Of a DNA stretch of 64,000 bases, positions 48,935 to 59,497 are shown one piece after another. How positions within the stretch are numbered: the first letter of the stretch is position 1; each line of letters starts with the position of its first letter. The notes below the pieces were generated by a model that saw only the letters and a program-made list of their open reading frames with translations, did not search any database and was not told where the DNA came from. This DNA is from Oikopleura dioica (lineage: Eukaryota > Animalia > Chordata): the NCBI GenBank assembly GCA_907165135.1, contig OU015566.1:14469023-14533022 (forward strand). Direction: 5' to 3'. The translations under genes were made by a program, and so were the position numbers.

Positions 48935-49994
48935 CTATAGATCTTCGAATATACAACCAGTACTTACATCCTTCAACGCTTCGTTATTATTCGCACACTT
49001 GTTTTCTGATAAATGCGCGATCGCTGTTGTAATCACCAAGAAATCGAGAATCCAAATCGGCGAGAAAATGAATGACCATTTCAATCTGCTGCTCGCTAAT
49101 GACAACTTTATTTTTGAATTCAACAAATGAATTTCGAAGATTGAAAATTTGAAAAAACGATCAATTGCATTAATTCTGGATCTTCTCCGATCAGCCCGCT
49201 TTCGTGAGCTCCAACGGGGTTGAAATACCTTTGGCTGAATCACACCTGTCCTCGCCTTTGAAGAGGTCGGCTGGACCACCTTCTTCGCTTCCTCTTTCTT
49301 TGGTGCACCAGGCTTTCTCTCACTTTGGCTCAAGCCAGTCTTCGCAAATGCGCCGAATTGACTCGCAGAAGGTGAAGTAGTACCAGGTCGTGGCTTGGCT
49401 GAAGCTGGCCGCGGTGGAATCGAACTCTTCGCACTCATCGTTCTTGGCTTTGGCGCAAATCAAGTAGCAAATCGCGAATTCAGCGTGCTCTTCGCTCGAT
49501 CAACCACACTCTTACTCAAAAAGTAAGAACTGGTTTTGCCGGTTTCGCGCTAGATCCAAAAGCGGGACGAGCACAGACTGGACGTTTTGGCGCGCTGACA
49601 GTTGCTGATTTTGTCGTCGTCTTCGTCGCGACTGTTGGCCGACCTCGAGCAGCTGTTTCTGTTCTTGATTTCATCGCTGTCGGCTTCGAAAGAGCCGTTG
49701 CTGGGCGAGAAGCGAGCTTTTTCGGCGGCTGGAAACAAAAGCGCGAAGAACATGACTGACCAGAAGCAGCTTTGCTCACGACCGGCTTGGTGGCTTCTTT
49801 CTTGCAAAGAGATGCAGCGATGCCGTACTTTGGTTTGCTAAATTTTGACGAGAAGCCGGGCTTCGGCATCTCTCTCTCTTCTTCTCTTCCGGCGCCTTTT
49901 CTGCTCCCTTTTTCGGCGTTTCGGCGCTGGAACTCGCTATGCCTCGGATGAAGCTCGGCGTGGTTGCAGTGTTGAACTGGGGCACGGAGATCAT
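48935..49994 (-). CDS. Basic Pro/Lys/Ala/Ser/Thr-rich low-complexity protein (MAP-like), possibly disrupted
   Basis: ORFs 49776-49994, 49516-49869 and 48935-49438 share composition; frame continuity is unclear. Confidence 0.4.
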
Positions 49995-50073
49995 CGTTTT
50001 TGTCTTTTCACTGTTCCAGAGATGAAGAACTGGGGATATCTTTCAAGCCGAGCTACTGCCGAGTAGACTTGGC

Positions 50074-50250
50074 AACCTGTGTGAAAAAACCTGAGTCAGG
50101 GTTTGAAAATATAAAATGAAAAGCCGCGGAGCAGCTTTTTCGAAACCGAAGCCGCTTTTGCGGCTTCGCACGATTCCATTTTTATCAATCTTCAAATTCT
50201 GAATATTTCAGACCCTGACTAAGGCCCTGACTCGGGTTTTTTCACAGGTT
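50074..50250. mobile_element. MITE (CTGAGTCAGGG family)
   Basis: AACCTGTGTGAAAAAACCTGAGTCAGGG ... CCCTGACTCGGGTTTTTTCACAGGTT; same family as 3168-3392. Confidence 0.8.
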
Positions 50251-50289
50251 TTCAAGACTCTTCTTTCTCTCTCTCTTTCTCAAAATCTG

Positions 50290-50585
50290 AGGAACAGTTC
50301 CTTTGCGTGTTCAAAAGCAGCTTCGCGCTCCATGCCGAAGCTGACTGCGATGTTGAGGTTCCGCCTCTTCGCCTTGTCCGCCTGAATAATAGAAAAGGAT
50401 AATAAAGCTTTGATAAATAGCGAGTGAGCGATGAAACCGCTTTCAGAAAGGTCAATTCCCTTTTTAATTAAAATTACCTTTACAGCAGCTGCGTCGTGGT
50501 GAAACAGTTTCCACTCGCTCGAATTTCTGTACCAGTTGAAGCGGGTCGCGTTGACGTCCATTTTGAAGTACTCCGTCATTTTATT
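50290..50585 (-). pseudogene. AlkB-like 2OG-Fe(II) dioxygenase core fragment
   Basis: MDVNATRFNWYRNSSEWKLFHHDAAA|..KAKRRNLNIAVSFGMEREAAFEH: N.Y, H.D and SFG..R motifs of the AlkB fold; both ends are missing. Confidence 0.65.
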
Positions 50586-50669
50586 ATTCGATATGCGATG
50601 ATTGCTGATCTCGGTTTCAAAAAGAGAGATATTGCTCACTCGTTTGAGGACATTTTGATGATAATAACA

Positions 50670-51392
50670 ATGAATATTTTCCCAAGAAGCATGTCTGGTT
50701 TGAATCTCAAACCACGGGAAAAGGAAAAATCACGACAATTTACTGATGTTGAGCTTTTATTGGAACGGATGTGCAAGAAAACTTATCTGATGCCGAGTGG
50801 ATGGGACATTATTTGTGAGCTCGGGGGCCGAAATTTAAAAGATAGTTTTCCAGATGATCCACAGCCACCAAAATCATTTTGCGAATATAAATCAGGTAAT
50901 TTTTGAGAAGATATTAGAGCGAAATATCGTGATGATCATCATCTTGTCTTATCAGAGAAGTTTTTTTTTAAATAATTTAAGTTTCTAGTGATTCTCCACC
51001 AAGGTTTCGTCTTTACTCGTCCTTTAACAGCAACTGGAGTCTTTCTTCATATAAATGAAGAACAAAAAGAAGAAATATTATTCCATCAAATGACGATCGA
51101 CAGAGTCGAAAACGGATTTTACATCCTTCAGAATACTCAATTCTTAACAGAATCACCGAAAGCTCACGAAACGCCAACCGTAAAAATACCACTTTCTGAT
51201 CCCTACTACGTGAACGCCGATGTCTTCCGCTATCATTATCGTTTGAATAGAGAACCAGTTTTGATCGAAAACAGTTATTCAATGGAAATTGTCAATGAAG
51301 AACACCCAAGTATGGAAACCGGAAGATGGTATCTTTGTCCTCAAGCCTATTCGCTCGAGCTTATAAAGAAAGATCTTTCCGAAGAAAATTAA
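50670..51392 (+). CDS. Hypothetical protein
   Basis: ORFs ending at 50906 and 50988-51392, separated by an intron-like segment; AATAAA downstream. Confidence 0.4.
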
Positions 51393-52107
51393 ATCCCTCT
51401 GTAAAAACAAATTTATTAATCAAATCGTTATGTTTTCTCAGCAATAAAATAAATTTTATTCACGACCAACAAATTATTCTATCATCCCTTTCTAAGGATT
51501 TTCATCTGTTGATTTTGATTACTGTAAGACCTTATTTTACGCACTCCTGAATTTCACGCTCATAAATGATTCGAAAAAAAGATCAGATTTTAAGACCTCG
51601 AAAAACCAGGTTTTTGATGGTTTTTTGAAACAAAACTATCGAAATTTACTCAAAAAATCTTAGTCAGATATTTTTGTATTTGTAAATTGATTTTTGTATA
51701 ACTGGGAAAAAATGTGTTAGAATCGGCTACTGACAAGATAATAAAAAGAAAAACGGGGACAGAATAATCAAATTGGTCTTCATTTCTGATCGGCCACTCA
51801 AAATTTTCAGCCATTATGGCGGCTTTGGTGACGCTCTCCTGTAATAATTGATAGGTCTTTTTATGGGTTTTATTTTTATGATGAGGCCATGTACAGTTCT
51901 AGATGAAGTTCATTTTAGAGCTTTTATAGCTGATAACAGTCAACGACTTATTGTTTGCGTAGAAATATCCATATTTACTCCCAGAGTTCCAAAACACGCG
52001 AGCGTACGTGCGCACGCGTGCGCGTGTTTGCTCTTCCGAATAAATATCAGTACTCTCGATTTTGAATTCACGCTATCAGAGAACATTTTATGTCGTTTTG
52101 AAAGAAG

Positions 52108-53537
52108 ATGAGTTGTAGAAACAACCATCCAAAGCAATTGAGCAGAGCAAAGGTTAAAAACTGGCTTCGAGATTTTTTGCCGAAATTGAAGAGAACAACA
52201 ACGAGGACTCCTCGGTGCCGGCTGATCTCAAGCGTCGAAAGACATGAAATGATTGATAAAAATGGCGGTGATAGTCACGCTTACTATTGGGGTTATTTTT
52301 CATTTAAAGACAATGTTGAAGAATTGTTTGAAATTTATAGTAAAGCGAAAGACTACCTTGATTTTTTTGATCAATCAATCTTTCAGAAGCAACTTTTAGC
52401 AGATAATGCTCATCTCTTGGGGAAAATAATAAGCCGATGGGATATTCTCGAAGAAAAAGGATATTGGATTATCGATGGGAGTTTTGAAGACAAAATTATT
52501 TCTGAAGGTGGCGAAGCAATTATTATCGCTCAAAATTTCGAAGATCTCAAGACTGCAGTTCGTGTACATGTTTTTGATCCCTTTCTTTTAACGGAAAAAT
52601 TTGGGAAAGACTTGCTTGATTATGAGATTCATCTTTCTTGCGGTAGTCTAGTCGGTAGACATATTTTCTATTTTCAAGATATTTTTAGACTTTGAAAGAG
52701 GAGTTGATAGAAAAAACCGAATAAATCAGGAGCAAAATAAAGCCTTGGAGAAAATGCCTATTCATGCGAATGTTGTTAAGCATTATGCGAACATAGAATT
52801 GTTTCACAAGAATGATATTGACCGAGAAGATTGTATTGGATGGATAACAATTATGGAGAAGGCGGAAATGAACATACGGGGATTATTAGAGCAAAATAAG
52901 CTCAGCATTAAAGAAAGAAGACAAATAGCGATTGCTATTTATTCTGCTTTTCATCACTTAATGGAGATTGGAATTTTTCATCTTGATTTGAAAATGGAAA
53001 ATATATTACTGCTGAACGGTGTGCCAAAAATATGTGACTTCGGACTCGTTGAAGACAAAACGAGAAGGCTTGGGTATCGTCAGATGGGATACACTCGGAG
53101 CGGTTCAAAATTTAGATTCACACCTGGCCTCTGTAAGTTAAACCAAGCTTTTTAAATTTTAACATATTTTAGTTGCAGGATCACCTGCATTTTCAATTAT
53201 GACGCAGTTAACAGCTGGCGAATTTATACCCCATTCGATTTGGATATTTTTAATCTGCCACTGGAAGACGGCTTGGAATCTTTTATTCAAACCAATAAGC
53301 CATGAAGAGGAAATTGAAATTGATGGCAGAATCAAGGTTTGCTTTTTCTATCAATTTTACATTGAAAATGAATGCAATTATTCAAAGGAATTCAATGGAG
53401 AACAGCTCAAAGCAACCTTCATGAATAATAAGTTTTCAAGCGAATTCTTTGAAAATATCGAATTTATTTCTCTTCCCGAAACCGACGATAAATTTTGCCT
53501 TGATGACGAGAATCTTACGCGGTCTTGTCAAGTATAA
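52108..53537 (+). CDS. Divergent protein kinase
   Basis: ISEGGEA (subdomain I), TAVRVH (II), HLDLKMEN (catalytic loop), DFG and AGSPAF; short introns. Confidence 0.8.
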
Positions 53538-53697
53538 TAATCCGGCAAAATCTCCAAAATCCCCATTTCGAATAGACGATAAGCAATTAAGCTACTGTTG
53601 CCATTACTCGGGCTGAAAGATTTGTCGATCGAAATGATGAGAATCGTCGCTTATCCTTGTAAATAAAATCCTGAATGATCCAAACATTCAACAATCA

Positions 53698-54286
53698 GTG
53701 GGCGCCTTGCTGCATGACCAACTTCTGAAAGCACTCGCAAACGAGGAGATCCAATTAGCCGTCCAGCGACTTGTCAAGGATGTTTTTCTGTCGGAATCCA
53801 TCACGGAAACCGTAAAAACGGTACTTGGCGACGCTTTGGTCAGTGATTATGTGAAATCAGCGGCCACGGCGGCAGGAACTCATGCGACTCAAGGCAAAGG
53901 TCACAATTAACAAAAATAGAGTCCTCCTTGATTTCGGGGACCCATTCTACCGATAACCGGAAACGATTTTATTTGACCCATTTAAAAGCAATCATCGCCG
54001 ACCAATCGGTGCAAGATAATTTGTCAGGTACCTATTCTCCGAACTTTCGCCCCTTGAAGTTCGCTTTTATCTCTAATTGCAATCATCAGATGCGATTTAT
54101 GGTGCATTGAAACCGTGGCGATCGCGATCCACGCGGCAAGTAATTACACCTTCGCCCGCGCGACCCGCCAAGAAAGCTGATGCTATCGATGAAACAGATA
54201 CTGTCACTGATAAAAGAAGTTCTGCTGTAAGGACGCCCGCCGCGCGCGTTCAAAGCGAGCCGACGCCCGAGCCGAGGATCGACTGA
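53698..54286 (+). CDS. Hypothetical multi-exon protein (3' part)
   Basis: LHDQLLKALANEEIQLAVQRLVKDVF..|AIIADQSVQDNLS|DAIYGALKPW...EPRID*. Confidence 0.4.
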
Positions 54287-54650
54287 CAAGTTCAAACACA
54301 TAAATCGCACCCATTAATCGGTTGTTCAATAATTTCATGGCTATAAATTAGGCTCTGAATCACACTATCTCCACGGGATATTTCTACTACCTCCTATCAA
54401 GGCTCCTTTCAAGTTCACACCGAGTTCAAAATCGATACCTTCATGTACCAAGACAATTCTAACCGGAAATCGAGCATTTTAGCATGACAGACGAACTCAA
54501 AACTGTCCTCCAGAATCTGGTCCTCAAGCAAAAAATTGGTGGACTTCTTGGAGTCACGATCATTGACAACTTAGGAAACGATTGATAAAATTCTCGTGCC
54601 CCAAAACTGGGATCATGAGGCATTTTTGAAGAATATATGCTGGGTTTTAT

Positions 54651-55307
54651 TTAATCTTTAGTTTGGCCAAGAGAAATTCGGCTGTTGCTGAAGAATTCTC
54701 CTTTGACAACGTTAACTCGTCGGTTTTTGCCATCGGGAATTTCCAGTGGAGGTCGGGCACCTTGGTCATCGTTAGAGATGTTTAATTTTAAATGCTTACC
54801 GTATTGAGCGTTAGACAAGAGAGGCGTCACTCTTCGAGTTTCTTCCTGATAAACGTTAAGACCGCTGAATGGCAAATCTCATTAATTTGATTGTGGCGAT
54901 CAATGGCTTACCGCGATTTAGCATTTGACCTGTCATCGCGGTGAAGCTTTGGATCATAATTGCAGTCAGCGTTGAAAATACGGTTGTACTGGCGGTTGTC
55001 GATGTTCTTTCGGGAGTGGCTCGTCGTGTCAAACTTGTAGTAGGCGTTGTTGAAGGGACCTAATTTATTAGACAGGGATCAACTTAGATACGAATACCTT
55101 CGTTTTGTGCCTTGACCTCTTCATCTTCCAGCCAGGTTCCATTTTTCTGACCGTTTCGCATCGCGATAGTCTTAGTTATTCTCTCTTCTCGGTGACAGTA
55201 CTCCATCCACTGCCCTGTAAATTTATACCGTAATTAATTAATTATTAAATCCACTATTTACCCATTTTGGTGCCCGGGCTGGGACTTTCTCGGCCATAAT
55301 TGGACAT
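54651..55307 (-). CDS. CFAP90: CFAP90 (C5orf49)-like ciliary protein
   Basis: YNRIFNADCNYDPKLHRDDRSNAKS..GLNVYQEETRRVTPLLSNAQYGKH matches the remembered LHRDDR / GL.V..EE / SS.YG motifs. Confidence 0.7.
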
Positions 55308-55966
55308 GCGCATCTTTGCAGAAATCTAAGTTTCCAAAACTGAGGATTTTCTCGCCGCAAACTTTGTTTAGCAGTTATGTTCTAGAAGATAACGTCAAAG
55401 TGTCTGTGTATCCGCTCTATCCATAGCTACCGTATTTGCATATAGAATCAAAGAAACTTTCGTACTTATGTTTATTATTAATTGGAAAAAAACGGTAGTT
55501 CTGTAAATCGCTTTATCAGGAGTCCCAATTTTTCAGCAGCTCCATCAGTCTTTCGAACAAGCTGAGCGCAAATTTGAGCTCAGTTCGTCCAGATTTCTTT
55601 CGCTCAACTCAAACTCTTCAGGTAAACAAACCAAATGAACAGTTCTCACTTATTTCTTTAGGCATTGACAAGCAAATCAACCAAGGCGAAAACCTGTATA
55701 ATATCGCATTCGGCACCTAGTACCAAACTGTTCAAATCCGAAAACATCCGCTTACGATAATCTTTCTTGCCACCTCAAGTGCTTCCACTGGTTACCAGCC
55801 CTTTCAGCAAAAATAACTATTTTTTTTATTTCAGGATTGATTTTAAAGGAGTGGAAAGAGCTCGATACTTACTTTTCTCAGCTGCAGACGAACGCGAGAA
55901 CGCACCTCCAGATTCAAAACTAGAAGTTAGATAAGCAAATTTTTCATACTCTTCGTTGTTTTCATC

Positions 55967-56790
55967 ATGTCCGCTGCCGATATTATTAAAGCTACGGGAT
56001 GAGACATTTTAAATATTCTTTTGTTAAACTTGAAATTTAATGTTCATCCTTTTCGTTAGAAACAGAAACTGCGCTCAAAAATTTCTTGAACAAACTTCCC
56101 GATCCGAAAAATGAAGAGGTCCGGATTTTCGACCCTTCCGCGATCATCCTTCTTCGAACTTTTCCTCGCTATCAGCAACGACTTGGCACTTTTGATTTGA
56201 CCAAATGGAGCGGCAAGCCTGCCTGTTTTTCACCTACCTTCTGCGCTATCTACGGCTGGAGCTGTAAAGAAAAGGACGTGTTGAAATGTCCTGATTGTGG
56301 AGAAGTTCTCCTTGCTGAGCTACCCCCACGAAATAACGATTACTTCCCGAAGAAAGTCGACCATCTCTTGACCATGCTCCAGTCTGGCCACGCAGACTAC
56401 TGTGAATTCGCCAATTCGCACGAGCCATTCGAGTTTTTGAAGAAAAACGACTCACCGTATCTGTTCAAAAAACGCCTTCAACCCTTTCCCGGAACGCTCG
56501 ATTTCCTACCGAAGGTTACATCAGGAATATCGGAAGAAGATCTGGACTTTTTGAGCAGATACTTTTCTTACTGCGTCAAAAATAAGGTGGGAAAGAAACA
56601 AGTCAAACTCTTTTTCAATCAAATATTCAGAAATTACAACGCGAGATCATTAACTTGGCCGTCAATGGATGGAGTTTTCACCACGAAGATGAGACCGACT
56701 ACTTGCTATGCGAGGACGATGTCCGCCAAATTCCGGAACGGTGAAGAAATTCGAGATCTTGAAAGTGTATGTTCCTGTTCTTCTGCAAAG
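55967..56790 (+). CDS. ZC3HC1: NIPA/ZC3HC1 zf-C3HC protein (3' part possibly truncated)
   Basis: RLGTFDLTKWSGKP..SPTFCAIYGW..KDVLKCPDC...HADYCEF; first intron probably GA-AG (55998-56059). Confidence 0.85.
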
Positions 56791-57467
56791 TCTTCACCTT
56801 GTCCATTTTTAATGAGTATGAATTATATGATTCGAATAAACTAATTTTATTCTCATCGCAAAAGACGCTAGAAATCTCTTCTGATTTCTGCTAACTCGGT
56901 GTAGATCTTTGCAGGAGAGCAGGATGCACTTTTTCATTGAGAGCAAAAGTAGTATACAAAACAGGCACAATACAGAGGCTTTGGGGTCTCCCTATTGTTA
57001 TTTTTGTCGTTTTCATGAAGGATTTTATTGATACAGAAAATATTTTTAGAAAGCATTTTAAGCGCACCTGTACGAAATTATATAGAATATAGTTCGACTA
57101 CAGCTAATTATCAGGATGAAAAAGTTACAGTAACTTTTCAAGCGTATGTTGTATCTTGGTATATAGAATTGTTTTATTTTGCGCACGAAGTCAGAAAGTT
57201 AGAAATGGTCCAAAAATAGTGGAAGAGAATAAAAATATAATAGTTTTAGTATATAGAAGGAAGTAAAGACTAAATTCAAACTAAACACTACTGTACTTGT
57301 TCCCAGATACAGTTGTGTTTAATTTCGAACTCGTCTTGTGTTAGGAACAACTTTAGGCACATCAGGATATTATATGGTTATTGCACTTATTTGAACAAAA
57401 GTAAAATAAGGATTATTTTTTGCATTCAATCTTCATCTGGGCTGAGAGATGACAATAGAAATTTTAT

Positions 57468-58629
57468 CTAAAAGAAAATGGATGATAGGGAAAATGATTT
57501 CTGCTCTGCAGGCTGCTCGGCAGTTTCAGTATCGCCTGCTTCAGTGGGTGCTGGGTTAGTTTCGGTGGTGGGTTCGGCTACTTGCTCGTCTTCAGGGTTA
57601 ACGTCGGGCAATTCAGATGCCTCGGTGGCTAGTGATGTGGATTAGTAAATGTGAAATTCTGCTGGGATTAGTTTAATTGTTTTTCTAAATTCTTACCTTC
57701 AGTACCGGCCTCGGAGGCTTCCGGCATAACAGTCTTAGGATCATCAATCTGTGGGGTTTCTTCTGTGATCGACAGTTCCGCATTGTCAGTAATCAGGTCT
57801 TTATTCACTAGTTCTTCATTTACCTCTTCGTGAATTTCGGTCACATCTGCGGTCATATCTTCAGTAACCTCGCTAAGCGCGTTTGTTTCTGAGTTGTTAT
57901 TCGCATTTGCGTTTTCCTCGATGTTGAGCGTCTTGTTCTCGGGAACAATGATTTCCTCTCGCGCTTCTTGGGAGCTAACTTGGGAAGCGGTCTCATCACC
58001 CTTTCGCCTGAAGCTGACCTTGGTCGCTAAAGCGTTTTCGATGAGAGTAACATCTTTGTTTTCCTCGTCGTCAGAGTCTTTCAAGTCCTCCTTGAAGTTT
58101 TCAATGACCTTCATTTTATCCGAAACGATAGAGAATGTTCGACCTTGAGTCTCTTCAACCGGCTGTTTTCCTCCAGAGATCCAGGACCAAACTGGCCAGA
58201 TGATTCCACCCTCGGCGATGCGCTTCTCCTTTTCTTCCTCGAGGGACTTCTCGGCATTCGCGAGCGCTTCCATCATTCTTCGCTTGACCTCTTCATTTCG
58301 TCTGTATTCTTCTTCTGCACGGATTCCGAGCTCGCAAATCGAGTTGATCATGTTTTCGATGTCAATTTCTGCAGGAATTTCATCAATAGCAATGACGATA
58401 TTTTCGCCAGCTTTAGCAAGTGTAAATCCTACTCCAGAGTCGAGTTCTTTGAGACACCGGAAGACCTCTTGATTGATCACATCAGCGGGCGCCGCCTTTG
58501 GGATAATGGCGATCGCGCCAAGCTTGAGATCCTCATTCGGTTCTAAGAAGAGCTTGATATCGCTGCGGGCGCTCGTTGATCGCCACAGATCCCACGCTTG
58601 ATCGAAATACGATTCTATTGATGGTAAGA
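57468..58629 (-). CDS. PDXDC1: PDXDC1-like C-terminal part, cut by the gap
   Basis: EALANAEKSLEEEKEKRIAEGGIIWPVWSWIS...GRTFSIVS resembles the PDXDC1 C-terminal EA..ELQKA.EERL.EEG..NWFSP..GRTF; acidic tail. Confidence 0.6.
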
Positions 58630-59129
58630 NNNNNNNNNNNNNNNNNNNNNNNNNNNNNNNNNNNNNNNNNNNNNNNNNNNNNNNNNNNNNNNNNNNNNNN
58701 NNNNNNNNNNNNNNNNNNNNNNNNNNNNNNNNNNNNNNNNNNNNNNNNNNNNNNNNNNNNNNNNNNNNNNNNNNNNNNNNNNNNNNNNNNNNNNNNNNNN
58801 NNNNNNNNNNNNNNNNNNNNNNNNNNNNNNNNNNNNNNNNNNNNNNNNNNNNNNNNNNNNNNNNNNNNNNNNNNNNNNNNNNNNNNNNNNNNNNNNNNNN
58901 NNNNNNNNNNNNNNNNNNNNNNNNNNNNNNNNNNNNNNNNNNNNNNNNNNNNNNNNNNNNNNNNNNNNNNNNNNNNNNNNNNNNNNNNNNNNNNNNNNNN
59001 NNNNNNNNNNNNNNNNNNNNNNNNNNNNNNNNNNNNNNNNNNNNNNNNNNNNNNNNNNNNNNNNNNNNNNNNNNNNNNNNNNNNNNNNNNNNNNNNNNNN
59101 NNNNNNNNNNNNNNNNNNNNNNNNNNNNN
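58630..59129. other. Scaffold gap (500 N)
   Basis: Exactly 500 Ns. Confidence 0.99.
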
Positions 59130-59249
59130 AGGCTCATAAAGCTAGACAATAATCTTGATTTTATGATTGTTTTCTTTTTCAATAAGAATCGCCTTTAAAT
59201 TCAGCATCCTTTCAGGGAAGTAATCGAAATTATTCGAAAAGGCCGAAAA

Positions 59250-59490
59250 ATAGGTCTACCTGAAGAACGGGAATGGTGAAGGCAGCTGTCTTTCCCGATC
59301 CGGTCTCCGCAAAGCCAAAGAAGTCCTTTCCCTCGATAGTGATTGAATGCTCTTCTACTCGATAGGAATCAGTTTGCTCCATTTCAACTCCACCGCCGTG
59401 TGCGCCATTTCAACCAAAATGATTTCAACCACCATTCATTGATAAAATTCAAAACGTTTCGAAATATCGATGCTTTCTTCCTCCATGAAA
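59250..59490 (-). pseudogene. DEAD-box helicase (DDX47/DDX49-like) 5' fragment
   Basis: Q-motif-like ELKWSKLIPIE* and motif I EGKDFFGFAETGSGKTAAFTIPVLQ, in different frames. Confidence 0.7.
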
Positions 59491-59497
59491 ATCGACT

